A stretch of DNA of 64,000 nucleotides. Source: an uncultured Clostridia bacterium (lineage in GTDB: Bacteria > Bacillota > Clostridia > TANB77 > CAG-508). The translations under genes and the position numbers were made by a program. The notes under the pieces are model-generated. The model made no database searches. It was given only the letters and a program-made list of their open reading frames with translations, and had not been told where the DNA came from. Below, one piece after another: positions 21,301-30,099 of this stretch (its first letter is position 1; each line of letters starts with the position of its first letter). Location of the stretch: NCBI GenBank assembly GCA_947627105.1, contig CANQUT010000001.1, positions 5,980 to 69,979 on the forward strand, read 5' to 3'.

Positions 21301-23414
21301 AATACAACTCTGTATATGTACATGGACTAAACAATAAAAAATTACAAACAGGTGAAGAAGCATACATTTATTTAACATTTAAAGTAAATTCAGATGATAA
21401 AGGTCCAGTTATATTAGATAATGATGACAGTTTAAAACAAAACTATGTTGAAATTAATGGTTATAAAAGCTATTATAAAAACGGAACTAAACTACCAAAT
21501 AACATAACAATTAATGGTAATAATACAGTAGCAGGAATTATAGATAATAACTCTACACCTGGTAACTTATGCTTAAATGATTTACAAGGAGAAAAATACG
21601 AGAAAAACTTTGAAGATGATACAGATAGAGCAAAAAGTATAAAAGTTGCTTTAGACATAAATGCAATTAGAGAAATAAATGGTACAGTTTGGGAAGATGA
21701 AAGAACACAAACTGTAAATGGTGCAATAATAGGAGACGGCGTAAGACAAACAGGTGAAATAGGAATTAAAGGTATAACTGTAGAACTAGTAGAAAAACTA
21801 GCAAATGGAAGCGAATATGTATGGCAAGTAGCTGAAACTGATGAAAATGGTTTATATAAATTTACAGGCTTCATACCAGGAAATTATATTGTTAGGTTTA
21901 AATATGGTAATGATGTAAAAACTGTTTTAACAGAGGCAAATGGCGGAGAAAATGCAGTATCATATAATGGTCAGGACTTTAAATCAACAGTGTATAGTAA
22001 AGACTTAAAAAATAATATAACAGTTTCAAAATATACAGACGAATATTATAATATCTTAGAATCAGATAAACTAAGTGTTAATAAAAATGCAAATGTATCA
22101 GATGCAAAAGATATATGGGAAAGTAAAACTATAAACACTGGTAGAACAACAAATAATCAAACTAAATATCAAAATGAAAGCTATCAAGGAAGAACTAATG
22201 TTAATAATTATTCTTCAGGAGCTATAGGAAATTCTAAAGCACAAATATTAGCATCACCATATGCACAAAACATTAATAATAGCATGATACAAGAACTAAT
22301 AGCAAATACTAATATGGTAGCAGAAACTGCTATTATTAAAACAGAAGTAGAATATGATAGAACACTTTCAAATGGTAACAATACAGAAAGTAATGGAGAA
22401 CAATATTTATATAATAATGATAAAAACGGAGAATATGTTTTAAACAATATAGACTTCGGACTTACAGAAAGACCAAAAGCTCAAATAGAACTTGATAAAA
22501 AAGTAACTAATGTAAAATTAACTTTAGGAGATGGTCAAATAGTATTTGATACAAATAAATCTGTAGACAATTTATCTTGGCTTAAAGGTAATTCATATAA
22601 TTTATCTAACCAAATGAAAAACAATAAATATGAAGAATATTATAGCCAAAGTAAAACAAATAAATCATTTAATCGTTATTCATATAAAACACAAATTAAC
22701 AACTTAATTAATTCACTTTATAAAAACGGAAGAAATGGATTAATACAAGCAATAATAGATTCAGAGCTTGCACATGGAGCAACTATTCAAGTTTCTTATG
22801 AATTGATGGTTAAAAACGTAAGTGAAACAGATTATTCTAATAAAGATTTCTATTATTCAGCAACTGGTGCATCAGATAATTACAAAGTAACAACATCTGC
22901 TAATATGGTAATAGACTATGTAGCAAATAACTTACAATATAGCGCATTAAATAATGCAGGATGGACACTTGTAAAATCTCCTAATAGTACAATTGCAGAT
23001 GGCTTAGTTGATAATAATATAAAAGATAAAGCAAACTCATATAATAACATAATAGCAACTACACAATTAAGCAAAAATCTAAAACCAGGTGAAAATATAA
23101 CTAAAGATTTATTATTATCACAAATAATTTATAACGGATCTGAATCAGATAATAAATCTTACGAAAATATTTCTGAAATTGTTCAAACAACTAATACAGT
23201 TGGTAGAAGAATGGCATATTCAATTGCAGGTAACCAAGATCCAACAGCAGAACCTACTGAAGTAGACAGTAGCAAAGCAGAAACAATAGTTGTAGTTCCA
23301 CCATTTGGTTTAACACAAATTTTATATATAGGAATCGCTTTAGCAGTAGTTACTATATTAGCAGTAGGAATCGTATTCATTAAGAAGGGGACAGGTCCCA
23401 ATGCTCGTTTTTAA
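18333..23414 (+). CDS. Giant thioester-domain adhesin B2 (1693 aa), paralog of B1
   Basis: GGGAGG RBS 14 nt after A2 stop; QLYCIEKG Cys motif and EVRQVAIWLNP Gln motif; many blocks identical to B1 (RKDIYRAATRINGKTEVYKY, EEAYIYLTFKVN); C-terminal VVVPPFG + TM; last ~9 codons and the stop lie inside repeat element R1. Confidence 0.85.
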   Translation: MNSKNKIALLVTGILAVFITLVIMFATIVQVNGRKIQEVAKLTKEALTINSSQANGSIKTPGAHNGSSSLWVEALPSNINKVFIPTVGNAQLYCIEKGVSLKSGLERVSTIKALKGTSGSVSSSSCMASLPEKRYSNTYYECVNNHTEMVPSGAYIVTAPDNFIAPYDGVYSYGSSSSFKKGENISQEVRQVAIWLNPEMNKGENFYESGATFTYIDMAEQLKDEAMDYRDYENNLKNNVNNPIKDATSDKIKVSVDQKEQVLILGPYKINYVEGNSASAKFAGISNMVIRGYNDKARKAFIKNLEIVSYIQNGKEHKLDFFNPLKENGYVDKTANSYPVSMQEFYIKIKNPNQGISNGEKKVKYIDINVEYSYMTVYAIQCNLKGHQLVATPIQTSHSNSYHYKYGYLTSCNVGYRWNVTENPLKQQDVIDAWGERNLYKLNINLKGNVDDITTDITMKLGGYTWEDIPEGKENLSNGIKTDEDIIIPNVKVTLYECIMDSNGNVQYKNGKPQANVANLLSEVDKGELSGEELQNRVNPKLTNANGYYQFDGLDVFKKYYVTFEYNGQIYMSTDYLQIGSGSHQNSVQSMVNAKLYNTDIWAITSKTSEISSVRTEYNNKFAEIGSSPKGYRSSDSLKSGKLIEGYNETFSINDLLGYELQENGTYKSVGPRLIDEKYVLDANGNVIEAQSITEGLISQKIKEYITKNYKYPDKNALISIYQNIVREYAKNSKDQEILWKKLQYIEDCKIEAYTASPYEKGNIDLYPVYNKFVVDTQSAVIPGIGTMPPIYNGQYHINSGLWRRQLNNVALRKDIYRAATRINGKTEVYKYDKRSSNEDYWRIELRMQDYQNYYGSYYNREIYPSDYNYKALATNLYGEELELYVTYKISIRNISQGILNEITEVVDYYDKDYTYMPGLSWVMYNENGIDEELSIPEKSYYDIMNNLNLNGLKYAKNINSTYSSVQNGNGTYCGASIYQDASKSDLEKQYNSVYVHGLNNKKLQTGEEAYIYLTFKVNSDDKGPVILDNDDSLKQNYVEINGYKSYYKNGTKLPNNITINGNNTVAGIIDNNSTPGNLCLNDLQGEKYEKNFEDDTDRAKSIKVALDINAIREINGTVWEDERTQTVNGAIIGDGVRQTGEIGIKGITVELVEKLANGSEYVWQVAETDENGLYKFTGFIPGNYIVRFKYGNDVKTVLTEANGGENAVSYNGQDFKSTVYSKDLKNNITVSKYTDEYYNILESDKLSVNKNANVSDAKDIWESKTINTGRTTNNQTKYQNESYQGRTNVNNYSSGAIGNSKAQILASPYAQNINNSMIQELIANTNMVAETAIIKTEVEYDRTLSNGNNTESNGEQYLYNNDKNGEYVLNNIDFGLTERPKAQIELDKKVTNVKLTLGDGQIVFDTNKSVDNLSWLKGNSYNLSNQMKNNKYEEYYSQSKTNKSFNRYSYKTQINNLINSLYKNGRNGLIQAIIDSELAHGATIQVSYELMVKNVSETDYSNKDFYYSATGASDNYKVTTSANMVIDYVANNLQYSALNNAGWTLVKSPNSTIADGLVDNNIKDKANSYNNIIATTQLSKNLKPGENITKDLLLSQIIYNGSESDNKSYENISEIVQTTNTVGRRMAYSIAGNQDPTAEPTEVDSSKAETIVVVPPFGLTQILYIGIALAVVTILAVGIVFIKKGTGPNARF

Positions 23415-23431
23415 GCACTTAGGGACAGGTC
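23387..23431 (+). repeat. GGGACAGGTC double-box repeat element, copy R1 (type I)
   Basis: GGGGACAGGTCCC-22 nt-TTAGGGACAGGTC; near-identical to copy at 60784-60828. Confidence 0.8.
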
Positions 23432-23514
23432 ATAGTAATAAAACCAAGAGGTAATCCTAAAATAAACTAAAAGCAAAAGAGGGTCTCCTAGAATAGGAAC
23501 CTGAAAGCTAAAAA

Positions 23515-23578
23515 AATTCCAGTGAGAAATTGAAGACCAATTTTTTAAAAAGCTTCGAAAAATCACTGGAATTTTTAT
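23515..23578 (+). terminator. Long hairpin (11-bp stem AATTCCAGTGA/TCACTGGAATT) + T-run, likely terminator of A2-B2 operon
   Basis: Perfect 11-bp inverted repeat with ~37-nt loop followed by TTTTTAT. Confidence 0.45.
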
Positions 23579-23781
23579 ATGTAAAATATCGATAAAACCT
23601 TGTATTTTTGAACATTTTACGATAAAATAATAAACAGAAAAAAGTTTAAAAAGTAAAATAAACACAAAAGATGGCAAAATAAGAAGAAAACTTTTTTAAT
23701 TTGTGTATATAAAATGACAAACATTTTAAACAGCTTGTACTAAAATAAAAAGCAAATTAAAAAAGTAGAGGTGGTCACAAA

Positions 23782-26322
23782 GTGTTTCAAAATATACAAA
23801 AAAATATACAAGAACAAAGTGATGAAGAGCAAACAATAAAGCAAGAAAAAGTGCCTGTTAAAGAACTTTTAAAAGGTTTATTTAGCTTGCAAAATGTAGC
23901 TCTTTTTATTGTGGCATTTGCAGTATCAATGGTAGGCTTTCAAAGCGAAAATATAATATTAAGTATTAGTCCGTTTGCAATAAGCTTTTTAGCTGCAATG
24001 CTTAGCAATTATAAATCAATAGGAATTCCATATATTTTAACCTTAATTGGAACTTTTATTTCATTTGGTGCTAATAGCCTTTTAATATATTTTTTAACAA
24101 CTATAGTATTTTTTGTATTTGTACTATTAAAAATGCCAAAAGAAATAGAAAATGTAAATGAACAAAGAAGACTAGGCATGCACTTATTTTTAGCAGTGCT
24201 TATTACACAAATAGTGCCAATGTTCTTTAGAAGTTTTTATATTTATGATTTATTAACAAGCATAATGCTTGCAATTTCATCTTATGTATTTTATAAAATA
24301 TTTGCAAACTCAATATTTATGCTTCAAGAATTTAAAACTAAAAAAGCATATTCTATAGAAGAAGTAATAGGAACAAGCTTATTACTAGCAATTTCAATTT
24401 GTGCTTTAGGAAATCTTAGCATTTTTGGTTTTAGCGTAAGAAATATTTTATGCATATTATTAGTATTAATATTAGGCTGGAAAAATGGTATGCTAGTAGG
24501 TGCTACAGGTGGAATTACCATAGGAGTAGTTTTAGGAATAATACAAAATGGTGATCCAACAATGATAGCAGCTTATGCAATTTCAGGAATGCTTGCAGGC
24601 TTATTTTATAAACTAGGCAAAATAGGAGTTGTAATAGGCTTTATACTAGGTAACATATTATTAAGCTATGTATCTAATGGAAATACAGTTCCAGTTATAA
24701 TGTTTCAAGAAATATTAATAGCATTTTTAGGACTACTTGCAGTTCCAAAAAAATTCGAAATAAATATTGAAGATTTATACGGAAAAAATAAATTACTTCC
24801 AGAAACTACAACAAAAACCTTAAACGAAAATCAAGACACAATATTAAAACTAAATAGCATGTCAGAAACAATTAGTGACTTAGCTAAAAGCTATGAAGAA
24901 GCGGCAAGTACAATTTTAGATGAAAAAGATTTACAAGAGCAAGAATTATCAAATGAACAAATATTTAGAGAAGAATTAGAAATTAACTTAGAAGAATTAG
25001 AAAATAACATATTATATGAAGATATTTTAGAAAATAGAGATGAAATAGTAGATAGCATATTTAAACATTTATTAAAACAAGAATTAATAACAGAAAAAGA
25101 GTTAGTAAATATATTTGAAGAAAAAAATCACTATATTATAGGATTTAAAGAAAAAGATGAACAAGTACAAAATGATGTTTCTAAAATGATAAAAGCCATA
25201 AATTATTCTTACCGTATTAGCAAAATGAACTTTATTTGGAAAAAGAAAATGGAGGAAAATAAAAAAAGTGTGTCATCACAGCTAGACAGCGTATCTAAGG
25301 TAATATCATCTATGGCAAAAGAAATGCAAAACGAAGAAAAAGATAACTTTGAAACCGAGAAAAAAGAAATAAAAACATTACTAGAGCAAAAAGAAATTGC
25401 AGTAAATAATATAAAAATAAAACAAAATAATTCTGGAAGATATTTTGTAGAAGTATATACTAATTTATGTGATGATATAGAGGGAAAAAAATGTGGTATT
25501 AAAAAAATATCAAAAATTTTAGAAAAAGTATTACAACATAAATTTATTATACAAGGCCAAGAATGTGGCTTAAGAGAAGAAAAAGAAATTTGCAAATTTA
25601 CATACTATTCACAAGATAATTATAAATTACAAGTAGGAGTAGCATCTAGCACAAAGCAAGGTTCGTCAGTATCTGGAGATAGCCATGTAGAAACAAAATT
25701 AGAAGACGGAAAATATTTACTTGCCATTAGTGATGGAATGGGCTCAGGTCCGGAAGCCATGAAAAGTAGCAAAATAGCAATTAAAATGTTAGAAAGGTTA
25801 TTAAAAGCAGGATTTGATAAAGAATCATCATTAAACCTTATAAATTCAACACTAATAGCAAACACAAAAGAAGATATGTATGCAACATTAGATATTCAAA
25901 TATTGGATTTATATGCAGGAAACATGGAATTTATAAAAAATGGAGCATGCCCAACATATATAAAAAGAAATAACGAAGTACAGCTTTTAAAATCTCTAAG
26001 CTTACCTACTGGAATATTAGAAAATGCAGACTTAGTTGTATATGACTATGACCTTCAAAATGGAGATATTTTAGTAATGTGCACAGATGGCATTATAGAA
26101 TCAAATACAGAATATATAAATAAAGAACTTTGGGTAAAATATTTATTAGAAGACATTAAAACAGATGATCCAAAACAAATTGCAAACATGATTTTAAATG
26201 AAGCAATAGATAACGAATTTGGAATGCAAAAAGATGACATGACAGTAATTGCATTTAAGGTAAATTTTTTGGGTCGGAGACAAGAAAATCATATAAAGAT
26301 GAAAATTTACAGTAGATTTTAA
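23782..26322 (+). CDS. spoIIE: Stage II sporulation protein E (PP2C phosphatase, multi-TM N-terminus)
   Basis: ~10 N-terminal TM helices; C-terminal PP2C signature (LLAISDGMGSGPEAMKSS ... DDMTVIAF); in-frame CGG at 26275 near C-terminus (alternative +1 reading would end at 26296). Confidence 0.85.
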   Translation: MFQNIQKNIQEQSDEEQTIKQEKVPVKELLKGLFSLQNVALFIVAFAVSMVGFQSENIILSISPFAISFLAAMLSNYKSIGIPYILTLIGTFISFGANSLLIYFLTTIVFFVFVLLKMPKEIENVNEQRRLGMHLFLAVLITQIVPMFFRSFYIYDLLTSIMLAISSYVFYKIFANSIFMLQEFKTKKAYSIEEVIGTSLLLAISICALGNLSIFGFSVRNILCILLVLILGWKNGMLVGATGGITIGVVLGIIQNGDPTMIAAYAISGMLAGLFYKLGKIGVVIGFILGNILLSYVSNGNTVPVIMFQEILIAFLGLLAVPKKFEINIEDLYGKNKLLPETTTKTLNENQDTILKLNSMSETISDLAKSYEEAASTILDEKDLQEQELSNEQIFREELEINLEELENNILYEDILENRDEIVDSIFKHLLKQELITEKELVNIFEEKNHYIIGFKEKDEQVQNDVSKMIKAINYSYRISKMNFIWKKKMEENKKSVSSQLDSVSKVISSMAKEMQNEEKDNFETEKKEIKTLLEQKEIAVNNIKIKQNNSGRYFVEVYTNLCDDIEGKKCGIKKISKILEKVLQHKFIIQGQECGLREEKEICKFTYYSQDNYKLQVGVASSTKQGSSVSGDSHVETKLEDGKYLLAISDGMGSGPEAMKSSKIAIKMLERLLKAGFDKESSLNLINSTLIANTKEDMYATLDIQILDLYAGNMEFIKNGACPTYIKRNNEVQLLKSLSLPTGILENADLVVYDYDLQNGDILVMCTDGIIESNTEYINKELWVKYLLEDIKTDDPKQIANMILNEAIDNEFGMQKDDMTVIAFKVNFLGRRQENHIKMKIYSRF

Positions 26323-26379
26323 ATAATATATTAAAAAATCAAATAAATATAAATAAAATTCTTGTCATAATATGTATAA

Positions 26380-26430
26380 ATATGATATAGTATAGCTAGA
26401 AAAAATAGCTAATACTATATCATATTTTTG
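26380..26430 (+). terminator. Palindromic terminator-like element after spoIIE
   Basis: 19-bp inverted repeat ATATGATATAGTATAGCTA / TAGCTAATACTATATCATAT followed by TTTTT. Confidence 0.45.
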
Positions 26431-26495
26431 TATTAGCAAACTTATAGCGAACATTATAAATTATAATACATTCGCTATTAATTTGGAGGTAATTC

Positions 26496-28019
26496 ATGAG
26501 TAATAGTAGAGGAAGAAGATACCAAGGTTCACAGCCAAAACTAAACATTAAAAAAGTTATAGCAGTTATTATAGTATTTATTGTAATAATAATGGCAATA
26601 AGTAGCATTAAAAAAATGTTTAGCGGTAATAAAACAAATGGAAAACCAGTTGCAAATGCATACTATTCAGTATATACAAATGGAAAATGGGGAGTTATAA
26701 ACTCAAAAGGTGAAATAATTATAAACCCAGAATATGATGAGGCAATTATAATTCCAGATAATAAAAAAGATGTATTCTTATGTACTTATGATGTAGACTA
26801 TAGCAAAAATACATATAAAACAAAAGTATTAAACAGTAAAGGTGAAGAAATAATTACAGGTTATGACGAAATCACAGCATTAGAAAATTATGATAGCAGT
26901 AATAATTTATCTTATGAAACTGATGTATTATTAGCAAAAAAGAATGAAAGATATGGTTTAGTAGATTACAAAGGAGCAGAACTTTTAAATTGTGAATATG
27001 AATCTATAGAAGCACTAAAAGGAGTAGCAAAAAGTTTCCTAACTAAAAAAGATGGAAAATTTGGCTTAGTAGATAATATTGGTTCAATTATAATAGACAA
27101 TAACTATAAAGCAATTAAACCAGTTTCAGAAAAATATGAAAATGGCTATATTGTAACAAATAGTTCAAACAAAAAAGGCATTATAGGAAGAGATAAATCA
27201 GAAGTATTAGAAATAAAATATGATGATATTAAACAAATCTATGGTTCAGATTTATATGTTGTAAAAGAAGGAAAGAGTTGGGAAGTAGTAAATAAAGAGG
27301 GAGCAACATATTTAAAAGATAAATTTAGTGATGTTGTTTCAATAAATGGAGAAAATGTATTAGTTAAACAAAATGGTAAATACGGTGTTCTTACAATAAA
27401 TGGAGAACAAAAAATAGCAATAAAATATGATGACATGAAATATGCTTTTGATAATAACTATATCTATAAAGAAAATGGAAATTATGGTGTTATAAATATA
27501 AATGCAGAAACTGTTTTAAAACCAGAATATGAAACACTTATATATAGAGAAGATGTAGGCTTTTTCGAAGCTAGCAAAAAGGGTCAAGCAGAATCTACTT
27601 TTATTGGGCAAGACTTTACAGTAAAATTAACTGGTATTTTATCTGAATTAAATGTTACAAATGGCTATATGCAAATTAGAACAGGCTCAGAATATAAATA
27701 TTATAATTTTAAATTTGAAGAAAAAACAAATATAGAATTACTTACTACAAATACAATATTCTTAAGTAAAAAAGACGGAAAATATGGCTATGTTAATAAA
27801 GATGGTGTTGTTGTAGTAGACTACATTTATGATGATGCAAAAGAGCAAAATGAATTTGGCTATGCAAGTGTAAAAAAGAACGGAATGTGGGGTTGCATCA
27901 ATTCAAAAGGAGAAGAAGTAATAACACCAGCATATAAATTAGAAAATAACTATGTAATAGAATTTATTAACAAATGGCATAGAGGAGAAGACTTAAACTT
28001 AAATTACTACACAGATTAA
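26496..28019 (+). CDS. WG-repeat (KWG) containing protein with N-terminal TM anchor
   Basis: Repeated GKWGVIN / GKYGLVD / GMWGCIN motifs spaced ~35-40 aa; single N-terminal TM. Confidence 0.7.
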   Translation: MSNSRGRRYQGSQPKLNIKKVIAVIIVFIVIIMAISSIKKMFSGNKTNGKPVANAYYSVYTNGKWGVINSKGEIIINPEYDEAIIIPDNKKDVFLCTYDVDYSKNTYKTKVLNSKGEEIITGYDEITALENYDSSNNLSYETDVLLAKKNERYGLVDYKGAELLNCEYESIEALKGVAKSFLTKKDGKFGLVDNIGSIIIDNNYKAIKPVSEKYENGYIVTNSSNKKGIIGRDKSEVLEIKYDDIKQIYGSDLYVVKEGKSWEVVNKEGATYLKDKFSDVVSINGENVLVKQNGKYGVLTINGEQKIAIKYDDMKYAFDNNYIYKENGNYGVININAETVLKPEYETLIYREDVGFFEASKKGQAESTFIGQDFTVKLTGILSELNVTNGYMQIRTGSEYKYYNFKFEEKTNIELLTTNTIFLSKKDGKYGYVNKDGVVVVDYIYDDAKEQNEFGYASVKKNGMWGCINSKGEEVITPAYKLENNYVIEFINKWHRGEDLNLNYYTD

Positions 28020-28061
28020 GGGACAGTCCCTTTTTCCCTTTTTAGGTAATTAGGGACAGGT
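28019..28061 (+). repeat. GGGACAGTCCC double-box repeat element, copy R2 (type II)
   Basis: TAAGGGACAGTCCCTTTTTCCCTTTTTAGGTAATTAGGGACAGGT; near-identical to 35560-35604. Confidence 0.8.
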
Positions 28062-28099
28062 TAAACAATATTTATAGCTATAAATATGAAGGAGAGTCT

Positions 28100-29335
28100 A
28101 TGGAACTAAAGACGAAGTATCAATATACATATTTTATTTACCCATATATAATAGAAAAAAAGGACTATACAAATTATTTGTATAGTCTCTTAAAAAATAA
28201 AAAATGCAAATTAAAAATATTTAATAGTAAAAAAGATATTGGCATTGATTCTTACTTTTTACCAAGAATAAAAAATAAGCTATTTTGGACACTAAACTTA
28301 GGGCAAAAAGGAATTAAAAGCTATGAAAAAATGGACACAAGAATGAAAGCAAATATTTTAAGTAGCAAGTATTGTGCATTTTTTGAATACAATCTACAAG
28401 AAGATATTCCAGCTAAAATTGGGGAAGAAAACGGAATATTTTTTGATATATCAAAAGTAGAAATTGTTTGCTTTTCTACAGGAATTTGTTTTTTACTAAT
28501 GAAAACGATTCTAAATTCTAGCGAAAACTTTTCAGACATTTTAAATTTTAATTATAAATTTAAAGATATTCATTCAAAAAGAGAGCATCAAAAAGAATAT
28601 GATAATATAAAAATTCAAACTCAAAAGTTAAACAACATGAAAAATTTTGAAGAATTTTTAAAAGAAATTGTAGGAAATAATTTGATCTCAGCAAAAGCAG
28701 ATATTGATACTGAAAGCTTAATTACATATAGTTATGTTTGCTTAGAACAAAATAGTTGGAATGAAAACACAGATTTAATTGCACTTGAAAAAGAATTTGA
28801 AAAATACTATCATATACTTCCAGAAGTAGAACAAATAGATGATATTACATCTGAAGAAAAATTAATATATAAAGAAAAGTATTTATATTATGGATTTTCT
28901 AGCAATAGTAATGTATTAATGACATCAGAAGCTAATATAAAAAACTACACAAATTTGCTATTTAAATATGAAAATGAGTGGCTTTATCACTTTTTATATG
29001 ATTTACATCAAAAAATATATTTAAAAAGGCTAAATTTTAAAATTTCAAATACTAAAAAAATTTTAAAAGAGCATGAAGAATTTTTAAATTTTGTCAAAAC
29101 AAATTGGGCTTATGAAGTAACAAATAATGAAAAAGGTATTATATTAGAAAAGTATAATAAAAAAGCACAAAATATAGATGAAATTTTTAAAGAATTAAAA
29201 GATAAATATGATTTATTATATGAAGAATATAAAATTAAAAAAGTAAATAAACACAACAAATACATAATTGCAGTAATAGTTATAATGTTAATATTAAATA
29301 TTATTAATATGTGTATAATTTTTAAAAACCTATGA
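28100..29335 (+). CDS. Hypothetical protein (411 aa) with C-terminal TM segment
   Basis: Long ORF, Lys/Asn-rich, C-terminal hydrophobic helix; TGA stop overlaps ATG of next ORF (ATGA coupling). Confidence 0.6.
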   Translation: MELKTKYQYTYFIYPYIIEKKDYTNYLYSLLKNKKCKLKIFNSKKDIGIDSYFLPRIKNKLFWTLNLGQKGIKSYEKMDTRMKANILSSKYCAFFEYNLQEDIPAKIGEENGIFFDISKVEIVCFSTGICFLLMKTILNSSENFSDILNFNYKFKDIHSKREHQKEYDNIKIQTQKLNNMKNFEEFLKEIVGNNLISAKADIDTESLITYSYVCLEQNSWNENTDLIALEKEFEKYYHILPEVEQIDDITSEEKLIYKEKYLYYGFSSNSNVLMTSEANIKNYTNLLFKYENEWLYHFLYDLHQKIYLKRLNFKISNTKKILKEHEEFLNFVKTNWAYEVTNNEKGIILEKYNKKAQNIDEIFKELKDKYDLLYEEYKIKKVNKHNKYIIAVIVIMLILNIINMCIIFKNL

Positions 29336-29727
29336 AAGAGAGCTTATTAATGAAAATTCAAACAGGAGTAGATATTATAGAAGTAGAAAGAATAAAAGAA
29401 GCAATAGAAAAGCAGGGAGAAGCATTTTTAAAAAATGTATATACTAAAAATGAAATAGACTATTGCGAAAATACTAATAAAATGAAATATCAGCACTATG
29501 CGGCTAGATTTGCTGCTAAAGAAGCTGTTTTTAAAGCAATATCTTCTAAAATTTCTACTAATGAAGATGATATTTTAAATAAAATAGAAATAAAAAATGA
29601 AGAAAGCGGAAAGCCAATTGTTAATTTAGAAAAACTAAATATAACTGGAATTATAGATATGGACTTAAGCATTTCACACTTAAAAGACTATGCAGTAGCA
29701 AGTTTTACAGTATTATTTGAAAGCTAG
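29332..29727 (+). CDS. acpS: Holo-[acyl-carrier-protein] synthase (4'-phosphopantetheinyl transferase)
   Basis: MKIQTGVDIIEVERI...ARFAAKEAVFKA...SISH motif set; annotated start 29332 overlaps upstream stop (ATGA); conserved AcpS N-terminus begins at Met 29350. Confidence 0.8.
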   Translation: MKESLLMKIQTGVDIIEVERIKEAIEKQGEAFLKNVYTKNEIDYCENTNKMKYQHYAARFAAKEAVFKAISSKISTNEDDILNKIEIKNEESGKPIVNLEKLNITGIIDMDLSISHLKDYAVASFTVLFES

Positions 29728-29839
29728 AAGTAAAGACTTACTTATAAATACTTGATTTTTAATATAATTTAATATATAGTATTTATTATAGAAAATGGGA
29801 AAAACAGATGTGGTTGCCTCCAATAAGGAGGTGAGGCTT

Positions 29840-29959
29840 ATGGTAGAATCATGCTTAATAACAATTATTTACATATTATTTTTTTCATTATTAACAATAA
29901 CTATCATAGCTTTTGCCTTAATTATAGCGTTAGCAATAATTTTAAGCAAAAGAAAATAA
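29840..29959 (+). CDS. Small hydrophobic peptide (39 aa) with basic C-terminus; candidate type I toxin-like membrane peptide
   Basis: Strong RBS AAGGAGGTGAGG sequestered in hairpin CCTCC-AATAA-GGAGG; single TM helix + SKRK tail; followed by terminator. Confidence 0.35.
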   Translation: MVESCLITIIYILFFSLLTITIIAFALIIALAIILSKRK

Positions 29960-29972
29960 ACCAATAAAAAAA

Positions 29973-30007
29973 CACATCTGTACTTGACGGTTAGATGTGT
30001 TTTTTTC
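29973..30007 (+). terminator. Rho-independent terminator
   Basis: ACACATCT...AGATGTGT stem + T7. Confidence 0.7.
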
Positions 30008-30099
30008 ATATCAACTGGCAACCACCTTTGTGGTTTCTCATTTTCTAACTATATTATACTAAAAAAAATTTTAAATGTCAATTAGAAGGAGAAAAATAA

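Noticed and set aside
2660-23414. CRISPR array or sortase-dependent LPXTG pilus locus
   Set aside because: Internal DNA repeats are protein-domain repeats, not short spacer/repeat units. No cas genes, no LPXTG motif and no sortase gene are present.
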